From positions 2,877 through 66,876 of the forward strand of contig CAZPSQ010000002.1 of assembly GCA_964588755.1 (NCBI GenBank): a stretch of DNA of 64,000 nt. The letters are read 5' to 3'. The DNA comes from an uncultured Brevifollis sp. Lineage in GTDB: Bacteria; Verrucomicrobiota; Verrucomicrobiia; Verrucomicrobiales; Verrucomicrobiaceae. Both the position numbers and the translations under genes were made by a program. Below the pieces are notes generated by a model. The model searched no databases. It was not told where the DNA came from and saw only the letters and a program-made list of their open reading frames with translations. This document shows, one piece after another, positions 50,101 through 60,438 of this stretch. Numbering within the stretch: position 1 is the first letter of the stretch; each line of letters begins with the position of its first letter.

Positions 50101-53100
50101 CGAGCTTCGGGCTGGTAAAGTCGCCCTGGAAACCATGCGTTCCACGACCCGGCGATGTCTCCACATTGGTGTCGGTGGGAACGATGAGCAGAGGAGAGTA
50201 ATCGATATTGGCGGACGCCCGTCCACAGATATCCGGCTGTCCTCCTGGAGCTGTGGCGGTGCCGCCAAAGGCCAACGGAATCAGATCAGCGTAGCCTGGC
50301 TCGACACTGTTGTTGGCACTGACCACAGGTTCGTCGGTTCCCAACCAATTACCACTCAAGTTTTTCACGTTATCCCCAGGCAGAGGAAGCGCTCCATCTG
50401 TCTGGCGATCAACAATCTGGCCATACCAATTGCCACTGATGTTGTTGTTGGTGATGCTGCATCCCGCCGCTCGCTGCACCGGGTCGTTGGTCCCAACACC
50501 ATTAGGTGGCGCGCTGCCGTCCAAAAACAGAATCCCGACAGTCCAGTTTTCAGTGATCTCGTTTTCCTCAATGATCAAGTTGTCGGTCAAGTTTCGGATG
50601 AGCAGGCCTGTGCGATTGTTGGCGATGACATTGTTGAGAACGCTGTGACCGCTGCTATTGTTGATGTCGATGGCGGTACGCATCCCGGTGATTGTATTGT
50701 TACGGATGACATTACCCGTATACACAGGCCCTTGAATAGCAACGCCCGTGCCGTTAAGCGTGCCATTGGCGTTATTCCAGTCGGCGGTGTTGTTTCCCGC
50801 GCGGGTGATGGTGAAGCCTTCGACGGTGGCGTTGGAGGCATTGATTCTCACAGTGTCTGACCCGGTTCCGCCGATCGGCCCGATGATGGTCGTGGTTGCA
50901 GCGCCGGAGCCTTTGAGGGTGAGGCTTTCCGTCACAAGCACATCTTCGGAGTAGGTGCCCGGGCCAACGTTGACGATATCTCCTGCCGCGGCCGCACCGA
51001 TCATCCGCTGGATCGAGCCAGTGGCGGTGACGTAAAGCTCGGTGGCCTTCACTCTGACGACTCCGAGATTTGCCGCGTCCGAGCGGTGAGAGATACGGTC
51101 TTCCAGGGCGAAAAGCTCCGTATCGCTCATGGCGGAAGGCAGTTTGGCACCGGAGCCGATATCAAAGCTGTTGTTTGCAGCATCGAGGTTGGTCGCCCAG
51201 GGGGCCATCAGCGTGCTGACGCCTGTGTATTCAGGGAACGGACCGGGCGTATTGCCACTGTTGCCATCCAGCAGGATGAAGGTGCCGATGCCTGCGTTGA
51301 AGATGTTGCCCGTGACGGTGAAGGCTCCGAATGCCGCAGCGTCGGAGTCGTGATTGTAGAAGGCGATCGCCGTGCCGGGCGAGCTTGGCGTCGAATTATT
51401 GAAGGTGTTGCCGGTGATGTTGGCGGAAATCGTGGTCTGCACGATGGATGCCGAATTGGAACTGATGCTCTTGGTGTTGACCGTGATGTGGCGGTAGCTG
51501 GACACGACACCGGGGGTGAAGGCGTTTCCGCTCACCGTCACGTTCTTGTAGTTCTCCAGGCTGATGGCCCAGTTGTGCTTGGTGAAGGTGTTGCCGGTGA
51601 TGGTGGTGGGAATGCCCGACTGGTTGTTCTTCAGGCGCAGAATGGCAGTCCTCGGCGTCACCGCCACAATGGCCATTTCGCCATCGAAGCTGTTGTTGAC
51701 GACACTGAGGCCGGTCACGCCTGCGTTGTGCTCGGCAAGCTCAACGCCACCACCCTTGAATTGGTTGTTTTGGATCTGAATCGACTGCCCGGTGACGCCG
51801 AAACGCGCCTGGATGTCCTGATTGATGGAGCGAATGTCGTTATTCTCAAAGGTGCCGCCGCACTCGTCCATGCTTACGCCGGCGCGGAAGAAGCGACCCT
51901 GGCCATTGGCCAGAGCGTCCGCCGCAAGCCGACCGGTGACGGTGTTACCGCTGACTGTCACGTGACCGCCGCCACCGTTCACCCTGAGAGAACCATAGTT
52001 GATGCCGATGGCGTTTTGATTTCCGTAAGCCCCTGCGGCGGGTCCGGCAGCGGATGCGTAGGGTGTGATCACATTATCCAGGACCTGCAAGCCGTTGATG
52101 GTGGTGGCAGGAGCCACGCGAGAGGCAATAACCGCGCTGTTCAGCTTGGACATGTCCACATCCATCTGGAAGTTCTGGATGGTGACGTTAGCCGCCCTGA
52201 CGTCGATCAAGGTGGATCTGCCGGAAACGGTTCCTGTAAAGTTGAGGACAGGCTTGGTTGGGGCCGTTGCACCGAGGATGGACAGGGGCTTGGTGACAAC
52301 GAGCTGCTCATTGTAATCGCCGGAGGACACTTTCACGAAACCGCCTGCTGCCACCCTTGCCAAGGCAGGAGCGATGGAGGTGTATGGCCGGAGGGGCGAG
52401 CCAATCTGCACACCGCTTCCATTGATACTGGTAGGAGCCCCGCCAGCGGAATCATCCACAAACACGGTGGAGAAGAGGGAGTTGTCTCCAGTCCCTTCAC
52501 GCTGGTCTTCAACTGCCGCCATGTTGTTGGCCGCGCTCAGCACGGCCACGTTGGGGTAGTTGGGCACAGGCATCGTGTTAAGGATGGCAATGTCCATGTA
52601 GTTGCTGTCACTCCCAGCTCCCCATGTGTTGTCGGAGAAGGTCACAGTTCCACCCTGAAGCACCCAGCCTCGTGTGTTTGAAACATAGTTGGCGGTAACC
52701 TGGCCTGTGACCGTGTTATTGATGTAGCCAGGCTGCCGGAGGCCGTTGATTTCATTGTGGTGGATGTTGCATCCGGTCGCCGAAATAAGGAAGGCGCGAG
52801 TGGTACTGTTTGCGTTGGTTTCCGGATCGTAGAGACCGGAAAACTTACAGTTACGAACCTCCAGATTGGTCCCCGGTGAGTTCACAAAAATGAAATTGTG
52901 CTCCCCTGTGGGACTGTCGGTCCTTTGAAAATGCAAATCCTCGATGATGACCCCTGTGGCTGCGACAGAAAACACGTAACGACCTGAACCATTAAAAGTG
53001 TCAACCTCATCAATTTCAATGACCGAGCTTGCCGCCCCGGCCCCCTTCAAGGTGACAGTCTTGTTGATGATGACTGAGCCACTCTGCACCAAGGTCCCCG

Positions 53101-53314
53101 CCGCAATCTGGATGGTGTCGTTGGCATCGGCCGCAGTGACAGCCGCCTGAATGGTCGGATACACCGACGGAACATCACGTACCGCAGCCTCAGAAGAACC
53201 AGCCGAGGCAAACAGCGCCATCGACACAGCCAAAGCCGAAATGCAAGCCGAATTCCTAATCGTTGCGGCTAATTGAAGCACCAGACGCGCGTGATGTTTG
53301 ACCAAGGATTTCAT
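35162..53314 (-). CDS. Giant (~6050 aa) modular surface protein/adhesin: beta-helices, four choice-of-anchor-D-like Ig domains, haemagglutinin-like beta-solenoid, two beta-propellers, C-terminal verrucomicrobial domain
   Basis: 18 kb uninterrupted ORF; long signal peptide ending SSEA; [12 protein letters not shown] beta-helix starts; DFG...F.I.N.G...L Ig domains; YVAKL/AVDxxG propeller blades; [37 protein letters not shown] tail. ATG 53314 chosen over the non-ATG start at 53344. Confidence 0.92.
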   Translation of the reverse strand: MKSLVKHHARLVLQLAATIRNSACISALAVSMALFASAGSSEAAVRDVPSVYPTIQAAVTAADANDTIQIAAGTLVQSGSVIINKTVTLKGAGAASSVIEIDEVDTFNGSGRYVFSVAATGVIIEDLHFQRTDSPTGEHNFIFVNSPGTNLEVRNCKFSGLYDPETNANSTTRAFLISATGCNIHHNEINGLRQPGYINNTVTGQVTANYVSNTRGWVLQGGTVTFSDNTWGAGSDSNYMDIAILNTMPVPNYPNVAVLSAANNMAAVEDQREGTGDNSLFSTVFVDDSAGGAPTSINGSGVQIGSPLRPYTSIAPALARVAAGGFVKVSSGDYNEQLVVTKPLSILGATAPTKPVLNFTGTVSGRSTLIDVRAANVTIQNFQMDVDMSKLNSAVIASRVAPATTINGLQVLDNVITPYASAAGPAAGAYGNQNAIGINYGSLRVNGGGGHVTVSGNTVTGRLAADALANGQGRFFRAGVSMDECGGTFENNDIRSINQDIQARFGVTGQSIQIQNNQFKGGGVELAEHNAGVTGLSVVNNSFDGEMAIVAVTPRTAILRLKNNQSGIPTTITGNTFTKHNWAISLENYKNVTVSGNAFTPGVVSSYRHITVNTKSISSNSASIVQTTISANITGNTFNNSTPSSPGTAIAFYNHDSDAAAFGAFTVTGNIFNAGIGTFILLDGNSGNTPGPFPEYTGVSTLMAPWATNLDAANNSFDIGSGAKLPSAMSDTELFALEDRISHRSDAANLGVVRVKATELYVTATGSIQRMIGAAAAGDIVNVGPGTYSEDVLVTESLTLKGSGAATTTIIGPIGGTGSDTVRINASNATVEGFTITRAGNNTADWNNANGTLNGTGVAIQGPVYTGNVIRNNTITGMRTAIDINNSSGHSVLNNVIANNRTGLLIRNLTDNLIIEENEITENWTVGILFLDGSAPPNGVGTNDPVQRAAGCSITNNNISGNWYGQIVDRQTDGALPLPGDNVKNLSGNWLGTDEPVVSANNSVEPGYADLIPLAFGGTATAPGGQPDICGRASANIDYSPLLIVPTDTNVETSPGRGTHGFQGDFTSPKLVLTCPQDGAPTYSRIQEMVDFIKTGGIVQVPAATYPGNVNTSAKSVTLAAGSSPGKVVIDGDLVLDGNDTLPIEVGGTTAGTQHDQWEVTGAVTLGGASVTFTAVNSFIPATGNAFTFLSKTGAGAIVGEFNGLPQNAGLPAFLGSASDAYASYTAGDGNDFVVSVGPELVVEQGTEMNSGDDRDFGVVPIQGGHKAMVFTLKNIGAPGLVFSASPRVQITGSAAFTVTSQPASPLSGPLGSTTFIVQFAPGTVGAHAATISIESNDLDESPFTIDVTGQGVEGNFFNESGTIIAGLPMGGTAFTLTANATSYILTRTAGSGNWAGIDDLVVSGHNTNTLTILKAGLTQVIIGDGTTAADLTLAVDSGASFQHTFQIRLDNSTSSRGTFTFPQSCPFTNNSSLIASTTRNSALGFTIPTGGVLSAAGTGNISLTGPIITTGAGSTITAADGAVALVAGTSLTISTESIVSSTTGNVVLTAGALNTHTITANSKSSITAGGTITATAGGAITIGIASPTDDTDKAVVTGGGLVTLDSNLAGVTVNQYSEVTSAGSVTLEAQTSISVQASSKVRSTGTGAVSLTATANNITTGNLAQITSAGGDVTLNATGIITPNTATFATTGAGDVLLQSGGTLNTSATVFAASTESGTLTLKSTGSSVTTGASSITTEGGNLELNAGTSATVSGNAVVKANGTGAVSIRAVSNITVGTLSQITSAGGDVTLNAGGAFAPGTGTFATTGSGNILIQSAGLWNNGATAFTATTESGSVTLKSTASGVSSGASTITTTGGNIAFEGNSVALGACLVEVLAGGGNISLVSTVSTVNTGNNSTLRTVDGSISAISASTLAAGISSLTETTGTGAIYFESSTGTININAGSLPTPTRLRTVGEGGITLTTPRDILIGTEASISVVNGNVLLSANQQVAPTAGGFTAITSSGTVSSSGLGAIQILGKGGSSGNSSRGILLTGSDNERGQVLSTGVGTVTLVGTNGGSGLTAGTCHGIHLSGSTVKVDSSLGALSLAGTSSAYGSNASHHGIYMENGAKVQSTNASVSLTGLSGTPAANGSNYGIHLTGANTQVTTAFGSITLNGTSRAVGTSTSNIGVRMEAGAQVGSTASSSVPIVINGTGANSTRTATDSNTSNHGVYLTGTNTKISTAKGSVVITGTGGNFIGASPVLADHSMGIFIANDAEISSSDDASITLVGTAGTGGDDNQYGVYINDTSATTLCRVSSVNGNISITGTSGGSDANSANTDGVRFEGVGVEVASTGSGLITINGSRPVPTTNGAAFSVISGARVIHSTGVGGLVINADTINIASPAVLDVGSNAVTLRPATPARAINLGAADDRTVSGFLGLTDAELDRITAGTITIGAANSGTITISAEISRTAPATPTNLVLVSGANIIQSALVNAGATGSLTVNATAASGNYQPGVGSVNADVIAATTTVTSGTKLPLSLASYSASSPFGTFDRLNVTGAANIANVDLVLSNTGYTPVLGHAFNLVSASGGLTGEFFEKPNNHTYLNFFGSDKSAVLTYTANAAVLTVTGQPEIAVHDGSSTAAPELTDGQAAPVDFGSTTLGVSKSRDFTIHNPGTGVLTITSITPPATGGFTVLNAPTSVPAGGSATFQVQLNGDVGASFSGDVTITSNDPTPMDAPEGVFTFRVIGTSSASTDQVVLNGSILSVGVANTLNTDLVITVNVLNSTTYTLVRNTGNWTDTNILTLGPGISGHNTSTLTIQKSAVTEVRILDAEESSATGKVRVTFAGRGTAYADPAPAQTFDDSFTVRLDSADAGIISFTGVCDFTGSNFLNAFTHASVEQSTNSETALRRISVEEGDLTLIANRGPVATTMAGHGVSIAGTVITTGGGDILINGRGGDGATGRNGILITGSAWGSGGISSTSVAGGAGTITLIGTGGPFASTNNSAYGICLTGTTAGVSSTLGDIVLTGTSDSTGSGSNNHGIYITSGAHVRATGTVAAVNITLNGNSAVASAASGSNYGVHLNGAATEISSAKGNIDIVGVSNAATTGSNNSGVFINSAKVMAASGVEPVEITITGNGAATTGASTTSHGVIVTGTGAEVVSRHLPVSITGVSHSTGSGNRHPGVEISTGAKIHTQGVANLTITGESGASTVASANNSGVLVSGAGTEVYTAQGNINLIGTSKAVSTGGSNNNGVYVLSGAKIRSESTAADTLITIQGNSAPTGAASTNSGVAVNGGGTEVLSARGTIDIDGVSTAAALSDGIVNMGVRLDGGAKVRSSSLTNPVAISIDGTGADSTRDFAGAASNYGVYIMNSGTQVQTAKGSITIRGFGGDLLASSQTDQSGGVRIADNVEISSTDDAPILIEGTAGLGGDDDMIGVWINDSSPHTDPEDQWTRISSKSGLVTIRGISGGTAAIPATSTGCDGVRLDSNGVRLYSETSADFEITGTKLVANTTGNAFATTNAARVISAGSGKVTVNADTIALSTGTSGCQFNMGAASVAFVPTTNGRSIEIGGTNASPADTAGTVLGLINGETARVLSGTCIIGNTLAGPITVNGPVTMASNVNLSLVSSGDITQNNTSNHATTGTLATSGTGTVKLTSVNGKVKPLPDALPMAGVLPDVTGDLTFGVGTDLEIMIKGLASVANSEDTNGYRQLTVSGNLNIDGVNLIVTEGSYVPVDAEIGRKFVIATASYPVTGMFANTLFDVVPNINGSNFGGKIILNDGGNNVTLQIVGSPELVVESDGPPVVELTDEQATPVSFGTPFYLQPVEKTFTLSNTGTETLTVTAIDVPAGYTLVSPAVSPMSPINIFKDGASVKFTVRFDAATVTTVAGNVVIHSNDVDETQFSFPVTGTVSNFVTDNAGGGLDTVTAVADGGRTITVRVPPASPLIGGQPGDQFYRLVLNTGTWNGTDVSNVVSGHGTNTLTIRKSGVANVSIIDAAGANAVTFEGRASAASGRTFDDNFTVLLDNDSAGTITFSGNCEFTGESSLNAETFRNIVQNTNTALTVVDGDLTLKAGFGTVPMSTNTDGMGISGEISTAGKGDILLTGRGSSSTQCWGITVGTVHGTSGKILSTGLSNDAGSITLNGAGGPNTGSSASGHGVYLNGATIEISSFRGAITVNGTSPALGSGGSHMGLVMRNGAQIIDKGSAAIILNGTGAAAPSNSNYGVFLSDTNTRVIALNGSITINGIAGGDGDMARDNQRGVLIEANAQVLSTGTASITITGTGGTGDDNHVGVAVRGVSPNVDALISSVNGNIVINGTGGGFSNALSIGNYGILINGGTISSTGAATIALNATEGSSPTLLTNESFAMLGAESKLTTAAGTGAVTITANKVAIDPTNATLALGTNSITLKPLTAARSIDLGGADTASTLGLTDAELDRITTAGAIVIGSAQAGAVTVSAAISPASNAGLSLVSSGDIVQNSGGTLTTSGAVSFATSGVVRPAPSGLDVTASTVTFGNGATLALPFNALTPVDSETGYRRLTVSNGVDLTGVNLEITGPVPGTPPALGDSFILVANNSTAPESTTVGTFNGLPEGHITYDFLGSGMNVRISYVGGTDANDVVLTVAPQEIAVGQPTGTGLVHNVSIVDYGAVNILGIETKTFTITNLGAQDLEIDSIMSDNPEFVVDDAGVSPSLVPGATTTFKVSFAPVAGGPGARSGSISISSNDPAKPTFGIGVAGTVITRNAEKIWAEQYSGPDAAPRNGDAKAVAIHKSGNTVTAVFATGYTTNAAGNKDIYVMKYDPVSGAPDPVWTSQPDTIYNGPTNRDDEGSALVVDSNGDVIVAGLTTVAPSNSDVWVAKYSGATGERLWSHTYNGYLSNVDYATSIAVEANGNVAVAGATVTGSGNYDMYVVKLSAAGAVIWENALDGGSNRSDIANKVLMDSAGNVFVAGYKGNSSNRKISFAAKLSAAAGNVLWTHQRVGSAVLDDMLYGLALDANDNLVVAGSLYAAGSYDLYVAKLQGDSAGPAATVMWETVTDPFGNNDSFYDVVVDGDGHVVAAGTSRNASNLHERIVAKYDGSTGVRLWDTRLNQGLSTSGDRAFNAQLALDGANNVAVTGFAVSSTNDGTLDVYTAKVMTADGALLWAETHPSPAVAGKNDEGRDVAASFNGDFYVAGYSGNPSASTSDFLVMKYGVAAPSQQLANPIVFTTEEIQSVGTTVRLQATAPGGVVRYSVVSGGHLATALSGPNSDTLTFTGVGQVVIRGSQGGNSQYAPATDTDLIITVRDSQTIAFTLAENASKNDTVTLEATASSGLPVSFSVQSGPGSITGGNILEFSDAGEVVVRASQAGDNDYAAATPVDRAITVTDGAPVIIMPGIEQTWAAISPGTGAGQARSVALDMTGGVWNGGAVTTGFTTRAGTGVDLRTAKHDAAGALVWETIRSVNLADEGVMVKVDNAGNVFVAGYTTVGGTNTDVLVIKYDSAGVQQWQRTFTGTAAGGGADRAVGLMLTSAGDVVVAGYLVNVTTGLDFFAAKLNSSDGTVAWSQSYDGGFNKIDVVNALALTAADEVVLAGYSQDASNNEDALTLKVPAAGGAAIWTRRFAGVTGMADRINAVALGADGDVFVTGYTQGANIDIYSARYKGADGAEEWKSIYNGPANKNDAAYDLKVDLAGNVVIAATASDVNAVNDGLTLKLNGTTGAVIWNAFYAGPAGKTDRMSVVGLDPNGHVIATGYSLIANNTSDIYTAKYDKNTGAELWAIRYNGADLVRNDSCNAMVTDSLGGAWVAGYMSNTSNVSAPLLLRYAPPMPPPPPPPLDEESGESESSLGTLLEVAQGDAASFTAEFAAASGNEEVRLQASINGQSAGEMIVDAKNGRFNWSQDTSRIAPGLHPVVITATDRAGASTSVSLALQVKPSTPGRSWRFKNFGSTDATGAAADDADPDGDGLSNLAEFALGLNPKAGSGDTGIRAEAAPAAPDVMRAVFNRRTDYVAAGLRYVVEFSSNLATWTASTDTPELLSDDGTIQKLSLPFPVLPDGSTARFFRVQIETVAAPQE
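47720..48330 (-). repeat. Internal 351-nt (117-codon) tandem duplication within the giant gene
   Basis: [49 protein letters not shown] occurs twice; GTGACATC..CGCCGGCGCTGGTGATCTG at 47940 and 48291. Confidence 0.8.
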
Positions 53315-54066
53315 ACGTTGAGGAGGAGTTGCAGGAACTGACAATCGTGGCTGAGAATTTTCACAAGCAAGTGACTCAAAACTGACCAGCTTCGCAGGTT
53401 ATAATGAAGACAGCGCAGTGGAGGCGGGAATTCTGAATTAGCAGTATTTGGGTAGTCATACTAATCAGAGCAGAAATTTGGAGGCAACGAGCAAGGAAGG
53501 GGCCTAACGCCCATGAAGCATAATTCAAGAGGTGCCTCTTTGGCACGTGTGACACTCTTTGGAAAGCAAAAATCCAGCCTCAAACGCAACTTTTTCTGAT
53601 CCTCCCCTGCAAACAGACCTCAAGCTTCACCTCAGTCCAACCGCCACAGTTCGCGCCCTCATTTGGCATGAACTAGATTACTCTTTTTGAGCAAATTACA
53701 GCCAAAAAGGCGCGCATTGAATGAGCCCTCCTCAAGCCTTTTGTTGAAAATTTACGCCAGAAGTCAAATGTTTAGCTTAAGTACTATTTCACATTAGCTA
53801 ACATTCTTTTCCCCTCGCATAACTGACTAAAAATGAACAGCTTTAACAGGGGGAACAAATCAGGCAGGAGATGAAGCACATCTGCCTCGTCAATGCAACA
53901 ACGTTTGCCGGGGGCTGACTCACCCATCTTTCTGATCAGTCACAACAAGCCGATTCACCTAGTCGAGCAGCCACCCAGGTTCAGCGGAACACCAAACATG
54001 GGTAGAGGACGCCCATCAGCCCCGATCGTGCCCGCCACCATGATTCCATTGCCTCCTTTGCCTCCT

Positions 54067-55155
54067 TTAAATGGATTCCCCGGGCACAAACAACGGCATG
54101 AGGCGGATGGGCTCGGAGGGCATGGTGCTCGTCTCTGCCAGCTGACGGACCACCAGTGTCAGACGGCTGGCGAACTGGGCGGGCTGGATGGCATAGCGGG
54201 CGATGGTGGGGCTGGCGGCATCCAGAATGGGGTCATTGTCGCGCGAGAGCACGGTGACATCCTTCGGAATGCGCCTGCCGCGGCGCATAAGGTGCATGGC
54301 CACGGTGAGCGCATGGGTGGCACCAGCCACAAAATAGGCGGTGGGTGGGCTCGGCGCGCGCAGGCAGTCATCCACCAGACTGCAAAGATGCGCGGGGGTG
54401 GCGTCGTGCCGCAGCACCTGGATGCGCACCTGCGGAAATGCCTTCAATGCGTCGCGCAGGCCCTCCTCGCTGGCGATGTCCCCGCCGTAAATGCCTTTGT
54501 GCAGGACAAGAGCGATGCGGTGATGTCCTTTGCGCCAGAGCACGGTGCCCGCATGGTGGCAGGTGGCGTGAAAGTCCACATCCACCGACGGCAGGGTGAT
54601 GCCCGGGGCGCTGGAGCCCATGATGAGGCAGGTCAGCTTCTGTCGGCTAAACCAGCGCTGCATCGGCTCCTGGGAGTTGAGGATGATCCACACGCGCGCA
54701 GGGTGCTCGGCCACCAGTTCCGCCAGCACGCGCGCGGGATTCGCCGTGTAGCAGGCGGGGTTCACATGGAACTGCACCACGCAGCCCGCGGCGGTCAGCT
54801 TGGCCCGCAGGGTGTCCATCACAAAGGCGAGGCGTGAAGGCAGTGCCAGGAAGGAGGCTGGCATCAGCACACCGATCACTTTTTTGGCCATCGGCTCGGT
54901 TCGGGTGTTTCTGCCCCCCTTGATGCGGCGGCGCTGCCTGCCGGCCACCTCCAGCCAGCCCATGCGCTGCAGCTCCTCCAGGGCCGGGCGCAGGGTGCGG
55001 CGGCTCACCTGCAGGCTCTCGCAGAGCTGGCGCTCACCGGGCAGGAACTTCTGCCAGTGCCCGCTGCGAATACCCTCGCAAAGACTGTCCACCGTCTGGG
55101 CCACAAGGGAGAGCCGCCGGGGAAGCGTTGGATTGGAGGGAGCCTTCTTTTTCAT
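54067..55155 (-). CDS. GntR-type wHTH / LacI-type sugar-binding domain transcriptional regulator
   Basis: LPGERQLCESLQVSRRTLRPAL (GntR HTH) plus a periplasmic-binding-like domain (LWRKGHHRIAL, PTAYFV, RIPKDVTVLS). Confidence 0.9.
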   Translation of the reverse strand: MKKKAPSNPTLPRRLSLVAQTVDSLCEGIRSGHWQKFLPGERQLCESLQVSRRTLRPALEELQRMGWLEVAGRQRRRIKGGRNTRTEPMAKKVIGVLMPASFLALPSRLAFVMDTLRAKLTAAGCVVQFHVNPACYTANPARVLAELVAEHPARVWIILNSQEPMQRWFSRQKLTCLIMGSSAPGITLPSVDVDFHATCHHAGTVLWRKGHHRIALVLHKGIYGGDIASEEGLRDALKAFPQVRIQVLRHDATPAHLCSLVDDCLRAPSPPTAYFVAGATHALTVAMHLMRRGRRIPKDVTVLSRDNDPILDAASPTIARYAIQPAQFASRLTLVVRQLAETSTMPSEPIRLMPLFVPGESI

Positions 55156-55336
55156 CTGATGCACGACGATGACGCGAAAAGTTCACCAGGCAGCACGGAT
55201 GCGGCAAACAGAATTCATGCCGCAGGCATCCTGCGAGGGCATCCCCCTCCCAGTGTCACTGTCAGATCTGGTCTCATGAAGAAACCACACCACGACACTT
55301 GTTCCGGCGGACAGCCGCAGGACGATTGCATGCACG

Positions 55337-56677
55337 ATGACAGACCGTTACAGCCACTCCCGCCGCCTTTACGAACGTGCCACTGAAAGCATCGCCGCCG
55401 GGGTGAACAGCGGCATACGCAAGATGGAGCAGCCCGTGCCTCTCTACTTCAAACATGGCAACGGCCCGCGTGTGTGGGATGTCGATGGCCATGAGTACAT
55501 CGACTTTCAGATCGGCCAGGGCGCGCTGCTTTACGGCCATGCCCCTGCCGGAATGGCAGAGGCCATCGGCGCGCAGGCAAAGCTGGGCACCCACTGGGCC
55601 GCCCAGTCGGAGCTAGAGATCGAGGTGGCCGAGCGACTGCGGGCGATGATCCCCTCCGCCGAACGGGTGCGCTTCAACAACTCCGCCACCGAGGTGGTGC
55701 TCTCGGCGCTGCGGCTGGCACGCGGGCACACCGGGAAACGGCTGATTTTGAAGTTCGAAGGCGCCTACCATGGCTGGGCGGACGAGGGACTTGTGGGCTT
55801 CTGCCCGCCGGCGGACAAGTGGGGCGATGATGAGTCCCCCACCCACCTGCACCCCAGCCAAGGAGTCATCCCGGAGGTGCTGGACACCTTTGTGGTGGCC
55901 CGCTGGAATGATCCCGACCACCTGCGCCGTCAGGTGGAAAAACATAGCGGACAGATCGCCGCCATCATCTTTGAGCCGGTCATGTGCAACACCTGCTGCA
56001 TGGAGCCCGTGCCAGGCCTGATCGAGACCATCCGCGAGCTGTGCGACCGTGAGGGAATGCTCATGATCGCAGACGAGACGATCACCGGCTTTCGCTTTGG
56101 GCCTGGTGGCGCGCAGAGACACCTCGGCTTCACGCCTGATCTGACGATCCTGGGCAAGGCCATCGGCGGCGGCGTGCCCTTTGCCGCGCTGGCAGGAAAG
56201 AAGAGCGCCATGCAGAAGATCATTGATGGCAGTGTCGTGCACGCCGGCACGCTCAATGGCAACCCGCTCTGCCTCGCTGCCAGCAAGTGGTGCCTGGATC
56301 ACCTGGCTGAACTGGGAGACAAGCACCCGCGCATCCCCACACAGCTGGGCCAGCGGCTGATGACCGGCCTGCGGGCGCTGGCGGACGAGCACGGCATCCC
56401 CCTCCGCCCACAAGGGCCCGGGCCCGTGTTTCATGCGGTGATGTTGAAGCCGGGCGCGGAGGAAGGGCTGGTGCGTGAATATCGCGACTATGTGCGGCGG
56501 CAGGACGCCCCACGCTGGACTCATCTGCGCCTGTGCCTGCTGGAGGAAGGCGTGCGCGCCATCGAGCGCGGCCTGTGGTTCATCAGCCTGGCCCATCGCG
56601 ACGAGGACATCACCGAGACCCTGGAGAAGGCCACACCCGCCTTCGCACGACACGCCAGGGAGTGGAGACCCGTCTGA
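55337..56677 (+). CDS. Class III PLP aminotransferase (glutamate-1-semialdehyde aminomutase-like)
   Basis: DVDGHEYID, KFEGAYHG, IIFEP, DETITGFRF, LGKAIGGG (PLP Lys), GTLNGNP. Confidence 0.9.
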   Translation: MTDRYSHSRRLYERATESIAAGVNSGIRKMEQPVPLYFKHGNGPRVWDVDGHEYIDFQIGQGALLYGHAPAGMAEAIGAQAKLGTHWAAQSELEIEVAERLRAMIPSAERVRFNNSATEVVLSALRLARGHTGKRLILKFEGAYHGWADEGLVGFCPPADKWGDDESPTHLHPSQGVIPEVLDTFVVARWNDPDHLRRQVEKHSGQIAAIIFEPVMCNTCCMEPVPGLIETIRELCDREGMLMIADETITGFRFGPGGAQRHLGFTPDLTILGKAIGGGVPFAALAGKKSAMQKIIDGSVVHAGTLNGNPLCLAASKWCLDHLAELGDKHPRIPTQLGQRLMTGLRALADEHGIPLRPQGPGPVFHAVMLKPGAEEGLVREYRDYVRRQDAPRWTHLRLCLLEEGVRAIERGLWFISLAHRDEDITETLEKATPAFARHAREWRPV

Positions 56678-56718
56678 CTCCCCCACGCATTCCACCACTC
56701 CCCTTCCCCGTGTCCCAG

Positions 56719-57690
56719 ATGCTCATCGACTGCCACAATCACATCGGCGCGGACATGCTGTTTTACCTGCATGGCGACTTTCCCTATGCGCAGCAGCTGG
56801 TGGACATGGTGCATACCGGCGGCTCGCTGGGCATCACGCACTGGGTCGTGTTTCCGTTCGTGTCGTACGCAGCCATGGACGTGACAAAGTTTCGCCGTGG
56901 CGAGATCGGTTTTGAGCGCGGGCTTGAGACCGTGCCGTATGCCTTTGAGAACCGCCGCATGTTGGAGGAGTGCCACTCGCTCTTTCCAGCCGAGGGCAGC
57001 AAGACACTGCCCTTCGTGATGGTGGACCCCATGCGCCACACGGATGCGCAGGCTGCTGAGCTGGTGCGGCTGCGCACGGAGCACCGCTTCCACGGCATCA
57101 AGATTCAAAGCACGATCATCCAGGCCGACATCAAGCGGCTGGCCCATGAAGGGCGTGTCTTCCTTGACCTGGCGCGCGAGTGGGACGTGCCTTTCCTCAT
57201 TCACAGCAGCGTCATCGAAAGCGATGCATGGGCGCAGGCGCATGACATTCTGGACCTGGCCGAGGCAAATCCCGACATCCGCTTTTGCGCGGCGCATTCC
57301 TGCCGCTTTGACAAAGAATGCCTGGACCGAGTGAACGCGCTGCCGAACGCGTGGTTCGACAACTCCGCGCACTGCATCCATTGTGAAGGGGCCGCTGCGG
57401 ACAAGCCATTCGTGGCTCCGAAGGCACGCCGCTTCGACAGCGACTACACCGATCCCGCGCGGGTGATCGCCGACCTTGCCGCTGCCTACCCGGACAAGTT
57501 CATGTGGGGCAGTGACTCCCCCTTTTACAGCTACGCGGCGGCCATCAGCGGCAAGGTGGAAAAACTCATCAGCACGTATGAGCGGGAAGTCACCGCCCTG
57601 AAGGCAGCCGGGCCGGAGGTGCTGCGCCGCGTCGCGGCCACAAACACGCTCAACTATCTGCGCCTGCCGGACGAAAACATTCTCTCCTGA
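56719..57690 (+). CDS. Amidohydrolase-2 family metal-dependent hydrolase
   Basis: ATG 56719 gives MLIDCHNH; GIK, PFLIH, AAH, WGSDSP. Confidence 0.85.
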   Translation: MLIDCHNHIGADMLFYLHGDFPYAQQLVDMVHTGGSLGITHWVVFPFVSYAAMDVTKFRRGEIGFERGLETVPYAFENRRMLEECHSLFPAEGSKTLPFVMVDPMRHTDAQAAELVRLRTEHRFHGIKIQSTIIQADIKRLAHEGRVFLDLAREWDVPFLIHSSVIESDAWAQAHDILDLAEANPDIRFCAAHSCRFDKECLDRVNALPNAWFDNSAHCIHCEGAAADKPFVAPKARRFDSDYTDPARVIADLAAAYPDKFMWGSDSPFYSYAAAISGKVEKLISTYEREVTALKAAGPEVLRRVAATNTLNYLRLPDENILS

Positions 57691-57707
57691 GTTCCGTCTG
57701 CTTCATC

Positions 57708-58949
57708 ATGCCCGCTCCGCACCACTCCACCTCTCACACGGCAGAGGGCCGTGCGTCTGCCCAGGCCTGGCTCGTCGTGGCGCTGCTCTTTGTGGTGGCG
57801 GGCCTGAACTATCTGGACCGCATCATGCTGACCACCATGCGGGACTCGGTGAAGGCGTCCATTCCCATGACGGATGCGCAGTTTGGCCTGCTCACCTCTG
57901 TCTTCCTGTGGGTCTATGGTGTGCTGAGCCCCTTTGCTGGCTTTGTGGCCGACCGCATCAGCCGCTCGCGTTTGATCATCGCCAGCCTGTTTGTGTGGTC
58001 CCTCACCACCTGGCTGACCAGCCACTGCACCACCTTCCCGCAGCTCCTGGCCACGCGGGCGGTCATGGGGCTGAGCGAGGCCTGCTATCTGCCTGCGGCC
58101 CTGGCGCTCATCGCAGACTATCACCGGGGGGCCACCCGCTCCCTGGCCATCGGCGTTCACAACTGCGGCCTGAGCATTGGCTCCGGCCTCGGCGGCATGG
58201 GCGGCTGGCTGGCGGAACGGCATGGCTGGACCTTCACCTTCAGTTTGTTTGGCATCATTGGCGTGGTCTATTCCGGCCTGCTGCTCTTCGGGCTGCGCGA
58301 TGCTCCGAGGCAGGATCCAGCCGCCCCCGCGGAGGCGGAGCGCATCAGCTTCCTGGAAGCTCTCCGGAGCTTGTTCAGCCAAAAGTCTTTTTCCCTCCTC
58401 CTCGCTCATTGGGGGCTGCTGGGGCTGGCAGGCTGGGGCATCATCGGCTGGATGCCCACCTACCTGCAGCAGCAGTTTCAGCTGAGCCAGGGGGAGGCTG
58501 GCTTTGCGGCGACGGGCTACCTGCAAATCTCGACAGTGATCGGCCTGATCCTCGGTGGGGCCTGGGCAGACCGCTGGAGCAGACGGAGCGAGCGGGGCCG
58601 CCTGCATGTGGCCGTCCTGGGCTTGTGCATCGCCGCCCCGGCCATCTTTCTCACCGCGAATGCCACGACCTTTGCCCTCGCCGTCTCGGGTCTTGTGATC
58701 TTCGGACTGGCCCGCGCCTGCACCGACTGCAACACGATGCCCATCCTCTGCATGGTGTCCGACCCACGCTACCGCGCCACCGGCTTCGGTGTGCTGAACT
58801 TCTTTGCCTGCTGCGTCGGCGGCCTCACCATTTACGCTGGCGGCATCCTGCGGGACGCGAACGTCAATGTGCGGCACATGTTTGAGTTCGCCGCCGTCGG
58901 CGTGCTCATCTGCGCCATCCTGCTGCGCCAGATCAAACCCAAGGCCTGA
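57708..58949 (+). CDS. MFS transporter (ACS/spinster-like)
   Basis: LNYLDR, GFVADRISR, ~12 hydrophobic segments, GGAWADRW. Confidence 0.93.
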   Translation: MPAPHHSTSHTAEGRASAQAWLVVALLFVVAGLNYLDRIMLTTMRDSVKASIPMTDAQFGLLTSVFLWVYGVLSPFAGFVADRISRSRLIIASLFVWSLTTWLTSHCTTFPQLLATRAVMGLSEACYLPAALALIADYHRGATRSLAIGVHNCGLSIGSGLGGMGGWLAERHGWTFTFSLFGIIGVVYSGLLLFGLRDAPRQDPAAPAEAERISFLEALRSLFSQKSFSLLLAHWGLLGLAGWGIIGWMPTYLQQQFQLSQGEAGFAATGYLQISTVIGLILGGAWADRWSRRSERGRLHVAVLGLCIAAPAIFLTANATTFALAVSGLVIFGLARACTDCNTMPILCMVSDPRYRATGFGVLNFFACCVGGLTIYAGGILRDANVNVRHMFEFAAVGVLICAILLRQIKPKA

Positions 58950-58968
58950 CAGGCGCCAGAATTCCCTG

Positions 58969-59210
58969 TCATCCATTCGAAAGGGCGATGCCGGGATGCC
59001 TGGGCTGCTTTGGGACGAACTCGCCTGCTGCCATGTTGCCATCGCGTGATGAGCTGGCCTCTTCGGTCGCATCACGGTCGAAGTCCCGCATCAATGATTC
59101 GCAAGAAGAGTCCTCCGTACACCGCCCCAGGAAGGCTTGATACCAGAGTTGATGTTTTCCCCGTCTTGGGATCGCGATGCACACAGGTCCCACCCGATCA
59201 TGCCCTGCCA
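58969..59210 (-). pseudogene. Possible decayed remnant of a beta-propeller glycosidase-like gene
   Basis: Across a +1 frameshift it reads GT.VHRDPKTGK/HQLWYQAF, and later SRDG, which resembles propeller-blade motifs; no intact start. Confidence 0.25.
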
Positions 59211-59251
59211 GGGCGGCATGGGAACAAGGCAGGGGCTGGATGGGTGCATGC

Positions 59252-60382
59252 TCACTTTTCAAGGCGCCACCGCGCCTGCCGCAGCACGGCATTCGCGCTG
59301 TCCTTCATCTTTTCATACCACACGGTCAGCAGCGTGCCATCCGCCAGCTCCACCGTGCTGGGATAGCCCAGGTCACCGTTGGCGGCCTCCCCTGAGATGA
59401 TCAATGGCGCAGACCACGTCTTCCCACTGTCACGGCTGATGCGCGCCTGGTTGCCAATGGGCGCACGGCGGTGGCCATAGCTCATCAGCAGCGCGCCATC
59501 ACGCAGCTTCAACAGATGGGATGGAAAGCCCCACACACCGATGGGATGCGGCTCGCTCCACGTCTTGCCACCATCGGCAGACTCTGTCTGCAAGGTCTCA
59601 CGGGTGTTCGTTTTGCCATGGTGCCGGATGTGCGCGATGATGCGCCCGTCGCTGGCCTGCACCGCATGCAGTTCATGATAGTCTTCTGTCGCATCATCGC
59701 CCGGGCGGGTGGGAATCTCGGCCAGCCAGCGCCAGGTCACGCCATCATCTGTCGATTCGCTGACCCCGATGCGCTTCTTCCCGCTCCACAATTCCTTGCC
59801 CACATAGAGCAGCCGGCCATCATCCAGCGCCGTGGGTCCGTGCGGACTGTTGACCAGCGTGGGGATCGGAGCTGACCAGGACAGGCCGCCATCCGTGGAG
59901 CGCACCACCCATTCACCGAGCTGGGCGGCCCGCTGCTCGTCTGTCAGCCGCGCATGGGCGGCCTCCCAGGCGGGAAATGTGGTGGCATTCACGAAGCTCG
60001 TCTTCTTTCCTTCCTTGAACCGCTTGAAGTCATCCAGATAAGCTGTGGAAGTGAATGTGGTGACCAAGAGAGAACCCTTCGCCGTCTCCAGCACGCCCGC
60101 GTCTCGATCATCCATGTCCGTGTCGAGAATCGTGCGGGGAAAAGTCCAGGTGGCTCCGTCATCCTTGGAGGTCATCCATTCGACCCGGCCGAAGGGGCAC
60201 ACATGCCCCCGCCGCCCGCCCGACACAACGACAGCTAGCGTGCCGTCCAGCTTCCTGGCGATCGTGGGCCAGCCGTGGTAATGCTCCGGCTGCTGGCTGA
60301 TGGTCCCCGTGTCCAGAACCTTGATCTGGTCGGCTGCAAACAAGGAGGATGTAAAGGAGAGTAGAAATAGGATATGTTTCAT
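59252..60382 (-). CDS. Exported BNR/Asp-box (sialidase-like) beta-propeller protein
   Basis: Signal peptide; five Asp boxes (SKDDGATW, STDGGLSW, STDDGVTW, SADGGKTW, SRDSGKTW); DLGYP. Confidence 0.88.
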   Translation of the reverse strand: MKHILFLLSFTSSLFAADQIKVLDTGTISQQPEHYHGWPTIARKLDGTLAVVVSGGRRGHVCPFGRVEWMTSKDDGATWTFPRTILDTDMDDRDAGVLETAKGSLLVTTFTSTAYLDDFKRFKEGKKTSFVNATTFPAWEAAHARLTDEQRAAQLGEWVVRSTDGGLSWSAPIPTLVNSPHGPTALDDGRLLYVGKELWSGKKRIGVSESTDDGVTWRWLAEIPTRPGDDATEDYHELHAVQASDGRIIAHIRHHGKTNTRETLQTESADGGKTWSEPHPIGVWGFPSHLLKLRDGALLMSYGHRRAPIGNQARISRDSGKTWSAPLIISGEAANGDLGYPSTVELADGTLLTVWYEKMKDSANAVLRQARWRLEK

Positions 60383-60438
60383 GAGATTTTTAGCGGGTCA
60401 GCAAAGGCCATGCAGGCATGGCGGACGAGAGGGGGGCG

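Noticed and set aside
35162-53314. Classical autotransporter, CdiA or RTX toxin
   Set aside because: No C-terminal beta-barrel, no TPS/VENN/toxin tip, no GGxGxD nonapeptides and no partner transporter.
55337-56677. Gene symbol hemL
   Set aside because: Family motifs fit, but the catabolic context suggests a paralog; symbol withheld.
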